63,140 nucleotides of DNA, filler included, from Octopus bimaculoides (GCF_001194135.2; 5 parts of 4 records of this genome joined end to end with filler, not necessarily neighbours in it); one strand, 5' to 3'. Counted from the whole stretch's first letter, positions 26,085 to 39,495 are shown. A program made the numbers and translations. The notes: generated from the letters alone by a model not told the origin.

Positions 26085-27779
26085 TTCCTTTGAGATATTC
26101 AGCCATGTGTTCGAGTGAAATCTGCTATAAGCCAGTATCAACCAATTAACAAACCCTTCTCCTTAAGAAGTACCTCGTTTTGTTGGTTCTGGAAAGTTAA
26201 AAGTTAATCGTGGTAGAAGACGCGCATTGACGCGTATAGAAACGATTTCCCTAACGCAACAATGAGAACTTCGAATTATCTTAATTTATCACCATATTTG
26301 TCACCGCTATTTCAGGTTTCTATCATCCCTAGACACCGTCACATGTAAGTTAGAGAGAAATCAGACGTAGCTTTTAGATTTATTCAACGTAACCGTCAAC
26401 AAACGCTCTGCTTTCTTCAAATTTTTTTCTTTTTGCCCCCAAATTACACTCAGCAATTCCCGTAAGCCGCTTTTCGTTGAAGCTTGAGAAAAGGAAGAAC
26501 TGATTGTAATACAACCAAACTCTAACTATACATACTTATACAAAATAGCAAATATAATATGACATGTCTTGTAAACAACTCGTACACGCAAGTGCTACCA
26601 GTCGATAACTCCGCATACCAGAAGCCAGCAAGTGTATGGGGTCATCAGGAGAGAATGCGTACCGTTTCGGGGCCTACCTCTCGACGGCATCGATTCGCAC
26701 CGCCCCCCTCCCCTCACTGATATGAGGCACCGCTTTCTAGATCAACTGGTTATTAAATAAAGCTCAATATTTCTCTAGCTATCGCTCATCGTCTCCTTTT
26801 AATCAAATGAAATGAGAATGTAATGGCGGACACGATGTAATAACTAACTTTCTATAAAATGCAGTTAATGGTACGACAGTTCAGGAGTTAATAAATGGAA
26901 TGAAATAACTTACTCTCAAAGTTGAAACTAATAGAAATTAAATTAAACTGAAAACTAGATTTATTCAAGTGCTCGATCGTCGAACTGCGTGGAAATTTAC
27001 AAAGCACTAAAAGTTTCGAAAACTCATCGCAGCATTTATTTAGTTGTAGAAATACACCGCCTCTATAGGGTTCTATCAGAGAAAGCTGTCATTAGACTTT
27101 CTGGTTGGATTCTCAAGCGTGACCAACTGAGATTATGGACATTAGCCAACAATTCCGTACTTGGTCTACGCCTAGCTCTCGGGCTGGTTGACTCGGGCTT
27201 GAAGAATCTGTCTTGCGATTCTTTCCTGAGACATTCTAATCACTTGACTGGAGTAAGGCCATAAATGTTGAGAAATTATCGAATCACGAACCCATGCAAC
27301 CGAAGTGAGTCCCCTTCGAAGCATCTCTGAACTAACGTCACTCAACAGGTAGTGTAACTCAGAGATCAGGCATTGTTTCCAAATCGAACCGCTGCTTCTC
27401 CTCAGTGAGAGATCACAGCCCCGGTAATATGGACTTGGTCATTCTAGCAATTTAAAATAAGCATTTTCCTTTGCTATCATTATTTTTCTTAATAATACAT
27501 TTTTAGCAAATTTTATTATTGAAATTTCATTTAATTTCTGTGAATTTCAATCTCTTAGCAAGTTTGTTGCGGCAAAGAATTGGTTGCTGATGAGCTGATT
27601 CAGAATGAATTATGTTGGCGCTGGTTGACGGTGACAAAAGGAAGGCAACGGGTTGGCAACAATCTGTTGTTCCTCAGAGTCTTCTCGACACTTCTGGAAG
27701 CAGTTTGTTATAGATTATATATGAAACGGTTTGAATGTGAACGCAGTCTGCTGGATTACAGTATATTAATACTGTTTAA

Positions 27780-28063
27780 CCCTTTAGCATTCAGATTACT
27801 TTACCAAATGCAATGCTTATTTATTCACATTGTTTTGTATTAATTATGCATTATTAATTAGGTGCTGGAGTGGATGTGTGGTAAGTAGCTTGCTTACCAA
27901 CCACATAGTTCCGGGTTCAGTCCCACTGCGTAGCATCTTGGGCAAGTGTCTTCTACTATAGCCTCGGGCCGACCAAAGCCTTGTGAGTGGATTTGGTTGA
28001 CGGAAATTGAAAGAAGCCCGTCGTATATATGTTTATATATATATATGTGTGTGTGTGTGTGTC

Positions 28064-28097
<34 letters not shown>

Positions 28098-28494
28098 TCC
28101 CCCNNNNNNNNNNNNNNNNNNNNNNNNNNNNNNNNNNNNNNNNNNNNNNNNNNNNNNNNNNNNNNNNNNNNNNNNNNNNGACAACGGATGCTGGTGTGTT
28201 TATGTCCCCGTCACTTAGCGTTTCGGCAAAAGAGACCGATAGAATAAGTACTAGGCTTACAAAGAATAAATCCCGGGGTCAATTTGCTCGACTAAATGCG
28301 GTGCTCCAGCATGGCCGCAGTCAAATGACTGAAACAAGTAAAAGAGTAGCTTGTAGCTCTGAGACATTGATGATGTGATCATTTATTTTTAGAATGATAT
28401 TGTAGGATAAGTATAAGAAGCCAGATCTGGCCAGTTTAAGTATAAAAGAAGTAGAATATCTGAGCCTGATATGGCCAGTTTGAATGCTAAAGGG
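27780..28494. mobile_element. piggyBac-type MITE with a SINE A inserted
   Basis: TTAA-ccctttagcattca ... tgaatgctaaaggg-TTAA (TTAA at 27776-27779 and 28495-28498). Confidence 0.8.
27861..28346 (+). mobile_element. SINE family A nested in the piggyBac-type MITE
   Basis: Complete head, internal microsatellite and 3' module. Confidence 0.9.
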
Positions 28495-29430
28495 TTAAAC
28501 GATTAATCGATATTGGACAAAAGTTTTGCTTAACCACCGTGTGATTTGGATTTGAATTCATAAAGCGTCGGAAGTCAGCTGTTCCACCTTGAAACACCTA
28601 CTTAGTATTGTGTAAATGATATTCGAGTTTGGTATCTTAGTATACATTCATTGGACAAATTAAGCTGGATGAAAAGCAAAATGTTGAAGGGATAAAACCA
28701 AATGTATTTTGTATGCTATCAGTGTAAACGTTTAAAATTAATGGCAACTCGCGACGACGTTAGTACATCTGTTACACACAAACTTGGCTTTTATTTTTGC
28801 TAGTATTATCGTGAATAAAACCAAATAAAATTAGCTCTTGTCCACTCAGCTGTGTTAAATTTTATCGAAAACCGCCACAGCAATTAACTTAGAAAACAAA
28901 GGAAGGAGACAGAAAATGTAACGAGATTCAAATATGAGCGTAAAAAAAGAAAAAAAGCTATGAAAATATTGTAAAACAACAGGCCATCTGTGTCCAATAT
29001 TTTACTGTTAATTGTAGCAAGCTGTAAGGCGACCCGCCAACAGGAGCAATGAGGGAGCCCCTTGGTGGTCGCATAGTCTACCTAAAATAACAGCTAACCA
29101 GTAGAGTTTTAAATATAAAACTACCGTTTTTCTTTTTTTTTTTTTTTTTGAGTGAAAGACGTAATAGATAAAATGGTCATAGATAACAGTTATAAGACGG
29201 CGATCATAAAAATGAAATTACTTTGATCATAAATATGCTGGAAAAGAGTTTACCTAGGGTTAAACAGATACAATAACAGATATCAGTCTTCAAGCAAATT
29301 ATTTACGTTAGCGAACTAAGACTCCTTTGAAGTTTAGCTCGTAACAAATTTTCCATTACTAAGCGTTCTATTTCGTGAGGTATATCGCTATTCAGGTGAT
29401 GTTGAATGACAGAATGCTTCAGTGATGCAG

Positions 29431-29668
29431 GGCGGCGAGCTGGCAGATATGTTAGCACGCCGGGCGAAATGCTTAGCGGTATTTCGTCTGCCTTTACGTC
29501 CTGAGTTCAAATTCCGCCGAGGTCGACTTTGCCTTTCATCCTTTTAGGATCGATAAATTAAGTACCAGTTACGCACTGGGGTCGATGTAATCGACTTAAT
29601 ACCTTTGTCTGTCCTTCCTTGTCCCCTCTATGTTTAGCCCCTTGAGGGCAATAAAGAAATAAGAAATA
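29431..29668 (+). mobile_element. SINE family B, full length, with 15-bp TSD
   Basis: agaatgcttcagtga at 29411-29425 and 29669-29683. Confidence 0.92.
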
Positions 29669-29999
29669 AGAATGCTTCAGTGACCAAAAGTCACATGGAA
29701 TTTGACATAGATATGCTTCGAAAGGAAAAAATATAAAATTCACTTATGTGGGAAAACAACATCCAAGTGATTAAATTCTTAGGGTCAGAGAGGCAGTTTT
29801 AACTGTTCTGTATTATTGTAATTTTCGTACATCATTACTATACATCTAATAAGCTGACCTGCCGACAACTCATTCCAGATTGAAGTAGTCATCTGTAACA
29901 GTACTTTGAACACACCCTTCTAAACACTATTTATCACATTTAGAAATAATACATTTCTAAATCTCTCAGAGAGATTTATACAGTAGTGATACGATGAAG

Positions 30000-30185
30000 T
30001 AGTTGTATGCTGTCAACTTAATGTGACAGTTCCCTGAAGGGAATAATACTACTGTTAGTTAGACATAAGGACACAGGAAATGTGTCAAGGCTGACAGGAA
30101 GCGGTGCAGCTCCCTAGGTCTAACCAACAGTAGTATTATTCCTTTCAGGGGACTGTCACATTAAGTTGACAGCATAGAACAACTA
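30000..30185. mobile_element. Palindromic MITE-like element (~65-bp arms)
   Basis: 30000-30064 is the reverse complement of 30118-30185 with few mismatches. Confidence 0.75.
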
Positions 30186-30339
30186 TTTATCACAGCTGAC
30201 TAGTTTCCAAAACGCATTCAGAACGTAAAGAGAATTCGGAGGTTCGCTAGGTAATAAAGTTTTGTTTTAAACTGAACCAAAACGCTACAGGATCTTATGA
30301 AATCTCCAGACTGCTTATCGATTAACATGTATGAGCCGA

Positions 30340-31075
30340 GCACCATTTTTTTACTGGAAAAAGAGGTCAGACAAAGCAAGTCCACCAGGAAGTTCATGAC
30401 GAACCCCGTTTTCGACAGCAACGACATCATCTACACTTATTCTGGCTAGACGGCCAACAAAGAGTACTTGGTGGTGGGTTTGAGGGGAATTCACGAAAAG
30501 ATTTCGTTGCAAAACACCAGTGCATCTGCACTAGGATTTGCATCAGTCTGCAATTCTATCCTGGTAACCAACTACTTGGGTGGAGGCGCGTGGCTTAGTG
30601 GTTAGGATGTCAGCATCATGATCGTAAGATTGTGGCTTCGATTCCTGGAACGGGCGACGCGTTGTTCTCTTGAGCAAAACACTTCATTTCACGTTGCTCC
30701 AGTCCACTCAGCTGGCAAAAATGAGTAACGCTGCTATGGACTGGCGTCCCGTCCAGCTAGAGAACACATACGCCATTGAAACCGGGAAACCGGGCCCATG
30801 AGCCTGGCTAGGCTTTCAAAGGGCGCATTTATTATTATTTACCAACTACTTGACACAGACCAGTATCAAAACTCTTCCTCACCCTTCTCACAGTCCAGAC
30901 CGTACGCCATGTGACTTTTGGTTGTCCCCGGACTTGAAGGAGGAGATGAAAGAGTTTGTGAGAAGTGGCATGGACACTTTAACTTTGAAGGACTTCCATG
31001 AGGCCCTTACAGAGTGGCTGAAGCGCTGCAACGAGTGCATTGAAGTCAGTAGATCCTACTATGAAAGAGATTAGA
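30340..31075 (+). mobile_element. Decayed mariner transposase interrupted by SINE C
   Basis: RQSKSTRKFMTNPVFDSNDII before the SINE; LPHPSHSPDRTPCDFWLSPDLKE...WLKRCNECIEV after it. Confidence 0.72.
30579..30840 (+). mobile_element. SINE family C (tRNA head, V-domain-like core) with 12-bp TSD
   Basis: A box tggcttagtgg, B-box-like gcttcgattcc, core gatggactggcgtcccgtccag-like; accaactacttg at 30567-30578 and 30841-30852. Confidence 0.88.
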
Positions 31076-31095
31076 GGATTTTTTTTTTTGTTATT

Positions 31096-31300
31096 TACTC
31101 TTTTACTTCTTTCAGTGATTTAACTGCGGCCATGCTGGAGCACTGCATTTAGTCGAACAAATCGACCCCAAGACTTATTATTTGTAAGCCTAGTGCTTAT
31201 TCTATCGGATCTCTCTTGCAGAACCGCTAAATTACGGGGACGTAAACACACTAGCATCGGTTGTCAAGTGAGGGTGAAGGACACACAAGCATATACACAT
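31096..31300 (-). mobile_element. SINE family A, 3' module
   Basis: Reverse complement of the 3' module at 37455-37650. Confidence 0.85.
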
Positions 31301-31369
31301 ATACACATATACAGACACACAAGCATATACATACATACATACACAACTATATATATATATATATATATG

Positions 31370-31401
<32 letters not shown>

Positions 31402-31589
31402 NNNNNNNNNNNNNNNNNNNNNNNNNNNNNNNNNNNNNNNNNNNNTTAATTAATTAANNNNNNNNNNNNNNNNNNNNNNNNNNNNNNNNNNNNNNNNNNN
31501 NTATATAAATATATATATACAGACATATACATCCACATACATACATATAAACATACATACATACATACATACAAGCATACAGCCCTAAA

Positions 31590-32068
31590 CGTTAATGCAG
31601 AAAATATTGTTTGTATTGACTATCTTCAAAATGATCACACCATAATTGCTAAGGCAGTTATGAAAGGCTATCAAGATCAAACATCCAGAAAGACATGAAT
31701 GGGAGCTTGTTTCATTAGGACAATGCTCCAGCACACAAGTCCTTGCTTTCAATGGCTGCAGTGCGTGACTGGCTTTGAACTGGTTGATCACCCCTCCCTA
31801 TGTTAGGGATTTGGTTCTATCTGGTTATCACCTGTTTCCCAAAATAGAAAAACACTCAGCTGGGCACCAGTATCACTGTGATGATGACCTCTTATCTGCT
31901 GTCGATGGCCATTTTGACCGACTTCTTCACCAGTGCGATCCAAGCACTGCAACTACTTATGGAAGTGTGTGGACAGTAAGAGGAACTATGTTAAAAAATG
32001 AACTTCATTTGGTTACATTCCATGAGATTGTCTTGTTCAGCCTATGAATGTTTCAGCCTACCCTCACG
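31590..32068 (+). mobile_element. Decayed mariner transposase C-terminus with right TIR remnant
   Basis: H*DNAPAHKS, VDHPPYVRDL..SGYHLFPK; ends tttcagcctaccctcacg. Confidence 0.75.
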
Positions 32069-32223
32069 ATAAGGAAAATTATTATTATACCTGCATTTGT
32101 TTTAATGTTAACATAGAAAAAAATCCACATTTTTCATTGAAAAATATGGACCTGGGTTTGCACCCACTAATCAAATTTTGTTGCTTGGCCACTGGCCACA
32201 GTCAAATGACAGAAACAAATGAA

Positions 32224-32291
<68 letters not shown>

Positions 32292-33808
32292 NNNNNNNNN
32301 NNNNNNNNNNNNNNNNNNNNNNNNNNNNNNNNNNNNNNNNNNNNNNNNNNNNNNNNNNNNNNNNNNNNNNNNNNNNNNNNNNNNNNNNNNNNNNNNNNNN
32401 NNNNNNNNNNNNNNNNNNNNNNNNNNNNNNNNNNNNNNNNNNNNNNNNNNNNNNNNNNNNNNNNNNNNNNNNNNNNNNNNNNNNNNNNNNNNNNNNNNNN
32501 NNNNNNNNNNNNNNNNNNNNNNNNNNNNNNNNNNNNNNNNNNNNNNNNNNNNNNNNNNNNNNNNNNNNNNNNNNNNNNNNNNNNNNNNNNNNNNNNNNNN
32601 NNNNNNNNNNNNNNNNNNNNNNNNNNNNNNNNNNNNNNNNNNNNNNNNNNNNNNNNNNNNNNNNNNNNNNNNNNNNNNNNNNNNNNNNNNNNNNNNNNNN
32701 NNNNNNNNNNNNNNNNNNNNNNNNNNNNNNNNNNNNNNNNNNNNNNNNNNNNNNNNNNNNNNNNNNNNNNNNNNNNNNNNNNNNNNNNNNNNNNNNNNNN
32801 NNNNNNNNNNNNNNNNNNNNNNNNNNNNNNNNNNNNNNNNNNNNNNNNNNNNNNNNNNNNNNNNNNNNNNNNNNNNNNNNNNNNNNNNNNNNNNNNNNNN
32901 NNNNNNNNNNNNNNNNNNNNNNNNNNNNNNNNNNNNNNNNNNNNNNNNNNNNNNNNNNNNNNNNNNNNNNNNNNNNNNNNNNNNNNNNNNNNNNNNNNNN
33001 NNNNNNNNNNNNNNNNNNNNNNNNNNNNNNNNNNNNNNNNNNNNNNNNNNNNNNNNNNNNNNNNNNNNNNNNNNNNNNNNNNNNNNNNNNNNNNNNNNNN
33101 NNNNNNNNNNNNNNNNNNNNNNNNNNNNNNNNNNNNNNNNNNNNNNNNNNNNNNNNNNNNNNNNNNNNNNNNNNNNNNNNNNNNNNNNNNNNNNNNNNNN
33201 NNNNNNNNNNNNNNNNNNNNNNNNNNNNNNNNNNNNNNNTATATATATATATATATATACATATACGCCTGTACTTGTGGCTGAATAGCACTCAACGCAA
33301 CATATGAAAACACAGTGTTTGGCTCTTTTTGGTTTTACAAACAACCGGAAATTCTTTCTCGTAACAGGAAGTGAAAAAAAGCAACCATTTGTGGCTGCAA
33401 CCGCGTTTGTGTGGTTATTGTCACATTTGTTGTGGTGGGTCTGCCTTTACAGTTTTTTTTTTGTTTCTGCTATTTTTGTTGTCTCCTTTGCTATTATTTT
33501 CCTTGTTGTTGTTGTTGTTATTCACGTTGACATCGGTGTAGCGACTGTTCCCTTCTTAAAGAATACAAAAAAAAAGAAAAGGAGAAAGAAATGCATTGGT
33601 TAATATATAGATGAGTAAGGGGTAGTTTAATGCAGATTTACCACGGATGAAGGTCATAGACACTCGTGGCCCAATCCATTCACTGACTTCCACATGAAAG
33701 GAACCACATAATAAACAAAATAAATAAATGAACAAAACAAAAACAGCTGAGGTGTCACAGTCGAGCAAAAATGCTTCTTGTTTCATTGTGCAGCGGAAAT
33801 CGAAACTG

Positions 33809-33889
<81 letters not shown>

Positions 33890-34237
33890 TAATAATAGCA
33901 ACAACAACAACAATAACTAGAGCAGCTTAGAATATATATTAACAATAACAATTTATAATCATAAATATACTTCATAGACTCTGTGTGTGTGTGTGAGAGA
34001 GAGAGAGAGAGTGTGTGTGTGTGTGTATGTGTGAGNNNNNNNNNNNNNNNNNNNNNNNNNNNNNNNNNNNNNNNNNNNNNNNNNNNNNNNNNNNTAATAT
34101 ATATATGTGTGTGTGTGTGTGTGAGTGTGTGTGTGTGTGTGTTTTCCTTGAATCGATTTCACTTTTGTTTCGAGTTTGTGCATATTGTCTAAAAAGAATT
34201 TATGTATTAATTTATCACAGCTACATAAACCCATCCA

Positions 34238-34301
<64 letters not shown>

Positions 34302-34863
34302 CTCTCTCTCTCTCTCTCCACACACACACACACACACACACACACACNNNNNNNNNNACACACATATCGTTGTTATTATGCAAAAGTGTCGTAAGTCCAA
34401 AACGTTGCTTTTCAGAAAACGAGAAAAATAGTTTCCTCATTCCATTTCTTTTTACATTAGCAACAGTTTCAGCTTAACAGTAATACTTTGTTGGGTGCAG
34501 AAAATCTTAACTCAATGTATGTATGATATTTTCAGTCAGAAATATTTTCGCAAAAACTGTCCTATGTGGGACTTACTACACTTTTGAGAAACGCTAAACT
34601 TTTGTACTACATTTTGACAACTTTCATATCTTGGCATCTGAAGCAGCTGGAGATACGATAGTTTGACCAAGAGAACCGGCTATTGCAAGCAAAATTAAAT
34701 ATTGAAAAAAAAATAAAANNNNNNNNNNNNNNNNNNNNNNNNNNNNNNNNNNNNNNNNNNNNNNNNNNNNNNNNNNNNNNNNNNNNNNNNNNNNNNNNNN
34801 NNNNNNNNNNNNNNNNNNNNNNNNNNNNNNNNNNNNNNNNNNNNNNNNNNNNNNNNNNNNATA

Positions 34864-35092
34864 TACGAGGTGGGTGCTGAAAAGTTCTTGACTTAGGGTA
34901 AAAGAAAATACAGGAGGATAAGTTAATTATGATTTTATTCAACATATTCTCCTCAGATTCACAGACTTATTGCAGTGGTCCTTTAGCTATTCTCATCACT
35001 GTAAAAGAACCTGGAAGTTTGGGCCTCCAGCCAGGCCCTTTGCGATACCCTTAAAACTAGAAACTTCTTAGCACTCCCTCGTATCCTCGTAT
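34864..35092. mobile_element. Mariner-type MITE
   Basis: tacgaggtgggtgctgaaaagttct ... aacttcttagcactccctcgta TIRs in TA tracts. Confidence 0.7.
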
Positions 35093-35808
35093 ATATATAT
35101 ATGTATATATATATATACTTATCTTCCCCCGAAAGTGGACGTGGTATTAAAACACGCAATACCGAGTTGTTTACTATGAGAGGATCTCCGGAATTGCCAG
35201 ATCATTTGATTTCGCCCCACCTGGGGCTTTTTCAATGATAGACACCCTGCAAAACACAACAGCCGATTAAACCCGTCAACTATATATAGAACTTAAGTGC
35301 CTATTCAGACGTTGGTGGGGCAAATAACCAGTGGATTCATTAGAAAATAACTAATAGCGACAGAAGCAGAATTAATGCTAAAAGTTAATCATCATATCCA
35401 ACTGAAAGTGGATGTTGTGTTAGGACAGAAAATACTGTGTTATTTACCATGAGAAAACCTCTCATATGGATTCGTGCTGCACCTACTTTAAGTGGAAGAT
35501 GAATGTTACCACATAAGCGCCTAAGAAATTAGCAATCACTCTTGCGTGGGTGATAATTCCGAGGAGAAGTGCGACGTGTTTTAGAGAACATAAGAGTAAT
35601 GGAAAATGAAGATATTTTTACAGATGTAAAAATGGCTCATTGAGGAGCACTGTTGCTTCTAATCTCCTCCCTCATAAGATTGATGCATTTTCCCACATTA
35701 TCCTTCCTCTCGGATTTATTTGAATGTATCAGTCGAAACATATGTTGGTGATATGGTGATATAAACGACTTAAATAACATCTTGTACGTTTGCCTCCATT
35801 TTCCATTA

Positions 35809-35922
<114 letters not shown>

Positions 35923-35940
35923 TCTTTTATCGACCCCAAT

Positions 35941-36237
35941 TATTCTATCGGTCTCATATGCCTAACCACTAAGTTACGGGTACATAAACTCACCAGCATC
36001 GGTTGTCAAGTTATAGTGATGGGACATACATACATACAAACAAATATACACGCACACACACATATACACACACATACGGCAGGCTTCTTTCAGTTTCCGT
36101 CTACCAAATCCATTCACAAGGCTTTGGTCGGTCCGAGGCTATAGCAGAAGACACTCGTCCAAGGTGCCACACAGTGGCACTGAACCCGGAACCATGTGGT
36201 GGGTAAGCAAGCTACTTACCACATAGCCACTCCTGCG

Positions 36238-36240
<3 letters not shown>
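35941..36240 (-). mobile_element. SINE family A
   Basis: Head reverse complement ...ccacatagccactcctgcgccta; internal microsatellite. Confidence 0.88.
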
Positions 36241-36283
<43 letters not shown>

Positions 36284-36284
<1 letters not shown>

Positions 36285-36852
36285 GAGGGTGAGTCAAAAA
36301 GTAATGCCATTTTGTTTAGGACAGCTATAATTACCAACAAACGAACATATATCATATATCAAAATGAAGCTGGTCCTCTGTGGATCACATCTCTACTTCT
36401 CAATATAGTCACCGTTTCTCTCAATAGCAATGTTCCACCTTTGAATGAGAGCATGTATCTCTGCCCCATAAAATTCTGCTGACTGTTCTTTGAGCCACTT
36501 CTTCACTACAGTTTTCCCTTCCTTGTCACTGGAATATTGTTTGCCTCTCAAACCCTCTTTCATGGGGACCGAAGAGATGATAGTCTGAAGGCGCTAAGTG
36601 ATTCCAGTGACGAGGAAATGAAAACTGTAGTGAAGAAGTGGCTCAAAGAACAGGCAACAGAATTTTACGGGGCAGGGATACATGCTCTCATTCGAAGGTG
36701 GAACATTGCTATTGAGAGAAACGGTGACTATGTTGAGAAGTAGGGATGTGATCCACAGAGGACTAGATTCATTTTGATGTATGATACATGTTCCTGTGTT
36801 GGTAATTATACTTGTTCTAAATAAAATGGCATTACTTTTTGACTCAACCTCG
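36284..36852. mobile_element. Foldback element built from two inverted mariner right ends
   Basis: Arms 36284-36535 and 36601-36852 each carry KTVVKKWLKEQ...RWNIAIERNGDY(I/V)EK* plus the TIR cgagg(g/t)tgagtcaaaaagtaatgcc; TA flanks. Confidence 0.9.
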
Positions 36853-36886
<34 letters not shown>

Positions 36887-37286
36887 CACGCACACACGCA
36901 TACTACATATATGGACGGACAACTACACTAATTCACACACGTATATATGAGCGTAACATACATATACAGACACACGCACCTATATAGGATCACACTAATG
37001 TATATATCCGCACATGCATACATACACACGAATTTATACATACATACGTACATGTATATACTGAGATATATACATGCAAATAGGCAAGTGAGCATTTATT
37101 TCATATACCTACACATATGTATGTTTGTACATATACAAATACGTACTATGTATGTAAATATATATAGACACACGCCCCCACCACACATATATCTGTGGAT
37201 GAAGGGAATAGAGTAGGTGGTTATGTACTACATATGTTTCAAGAGATGTACTGAACAAATATTACATAACTTTAAGAATCTACATA

Positions 37287-37654
37287 GTCCCGGGTTCAGT
37301 TCCACTGCGTGGCATCTTGGGCAGGTGTCTTCTACTATAGCCTCGGGCCGACCAAAGCCTGGTGAGTGGATTTGGTAGACGGAAACTGAAAGAAGCCTGT
37401 CGTATATATGTATATATATATGTATGTGTGTATGTGTTTGTATGTCTGTGTTTGTCCCCCCCAACATCGCTTGACAACCGATGCTGGTGTGTTTATGTCC
37501 CCGTAACTTAGCGGTTCGGCAATAGAGACCGATAGAATAAGTACTAGGCTTTCAAAGAATAAGTCCTGGGGTCGATTTGCTCGACTAAAGGCGGTGCTCC
37601 AGCATGGCCACAGTCAAAAGACTGAAACAAGTAAAAGAGTAAAAGAGTAAAAGG
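37287..37654 (+). mobile_element. SINE family A, slightly 5'-truncated
   Basis: Body as above; tail of repeated (gtaaaaga). Confidence 0.9.
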
Positions 37655-38120
37655 GATGTTCAGTATTCCTTCTCTTCAAGTAATTTTCTACATATCATTT
37701 ATTAATCGGGTATCATCTACTTTGCGTTTTCTATACAAGCATTATCCTATAACACGACCATATTGGTTCTCACTAATATGTAATAGACAATGTTTAAAAT
37801 GGAAAAAAAATGAGTGTAACGTTTCGGGCAGGGCTCTTCGTCAGAAAGAAGAAAAAGGAAAAGTCCGGTGAGAAGGAAAAGAATAGCCCCAAAAAAGCAT
37901 GTATGTCGTTAAATGGCTGAAAAAATGACTGACCGGAAGTGAAAAGTAATAAAGAAACTGGTGTTTGAAGGCGGGAGTGTACGAAAATGACCGTTTTGTG
38001 TGTGCGTGCGCGCGCGCGAGTGTGTGTGTGCGTGTGTGTGTGTGTGTGTCTGTGGTGGTATCTGTGCGTGCGGATATTCGTGTTTATGTGAAAATGTACG
38101 TGTGGGGGAAGTGAAGCGAA

Positions 38121-38215
38121 CAGTAGAGGACATTTGCTCAAGGTACCACGAAGTGGGACTGAACTTGGAACCATGTGGTTAGGAAACAAGCTTCTTACCA
38201 CACAGCTATGCCTAT
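38121..38215 (-). mobile_element. SINE family A head fragment
   Basis: gtgggactgaacttggaaccatgtggttagg...cttaccacacagc. Confidence 0.7.
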
Positions 38216-38859
38216 ACGTACATACAGACATATCTATCTATCGATCTATCTATCTATCTATCTGTCTATCTATCTATCTGCGTGTGTGTGTGTGTACACA
38301 CACAAATCCAGAAACACACACATATATATATATATATTTAAAGATATGTATATATACACGAACACGTGTATATATTTACATGTATATTGAACAAGTGTTT
38401 TGGTGTCAGTGGGTACAACACAGACACGCAAACACACAAACACACACACACACACACATCTGCATACAATCGATCACACACTCATACAAAACCACACATC
38501 TGTACACATCATAGATACTCATAAAACAGTGTATTTCACAATGCTTAAATAATAATATTTTTTCTAATCAATCATTTGTATATTATGTGGTTATGATAAA
38601 CACGAACGAGTAGTTGTTGATGATGTTGTGGTGGTGATGGTGGTAGTGGTGGTGGTAGTAAGGTGTGAGGGTGTGAGGCGAACAATTGGTGTAAGTGACG
38701 GCCATTAAACAGCTGTTGTCTGTCTGTCTGTCTGTGTGTGTGGTGTGTGTCTATCTTTGTGTTCGTCTGTTCGACGTTACGTCAGCCCTTTCTATCTAAG
38801 TTGGAAAACATCAGGACAACACTGGGGACACCCAGAGAGTGGGTGGGGTGGGGTAGGAA

Positions 38860-39495
38860 AAGAAGAATGAAGAAGGAGGCGGAGGAGGAAGCGAAGAAAG
38901 AAGAAGAAGAAGAAAGAAGAAAGAAGGAGAAGGAAGGAGGCGGAGGTTTAAGGAAGAAGAAGGAGGAGAGGGAGGAGTAGAGGGAATGAGGAGAAGTTGG
39001 AGAAAAGAGGAAGAAGAATGAAGAGGTGTAGGTGGAGAAGAAACAGGTGAAGAAGAAGGAGGAGGAGGGGAATAAGGATAAGATAAAGAAAGTAAAAGAG
39101 AAAGAATAAGAAGAGGTGGAGGAAGAGGAGGAGGAGGAAGAGGAGGAGGCGGAGGNNNNNNNNNNNNNNNNNNNNNNNNNNNNNNNNNNNNNNNNNNNNN
39201 NNNNNNNNNNNNNNNNNNNNNNNNNNNNNNNNNNNNNNNNNNNNNNNNNNNNNNNNNNNNNNNNNNNNNNNNNNNNNNNNNNNNNNNNNNNNNNNNNNNN
39301 NNNNNNNNNNNNNNNNNNNNNNNNNNNNNNNNNNNNNNNNNNNNNNNNNNNNNNNNNNNNNNNNNNNNNNNNNNNNNNNNNNNGGAGAAAATGAAGAAGA
39401 AGAGGAAGAAGAAGTAGAAGAAGAAGAAGAAGAAGAAGAAGAAGAAGAAGAAGAAGAAGAAGAAGAAGAAGAACAACAACAACAACAACAACAAG
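38860..39495. repeat. Polypurine (GAA/GGA)n tract spanning a gap
   Basis: Direct inspection. Confidence 0.9.
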
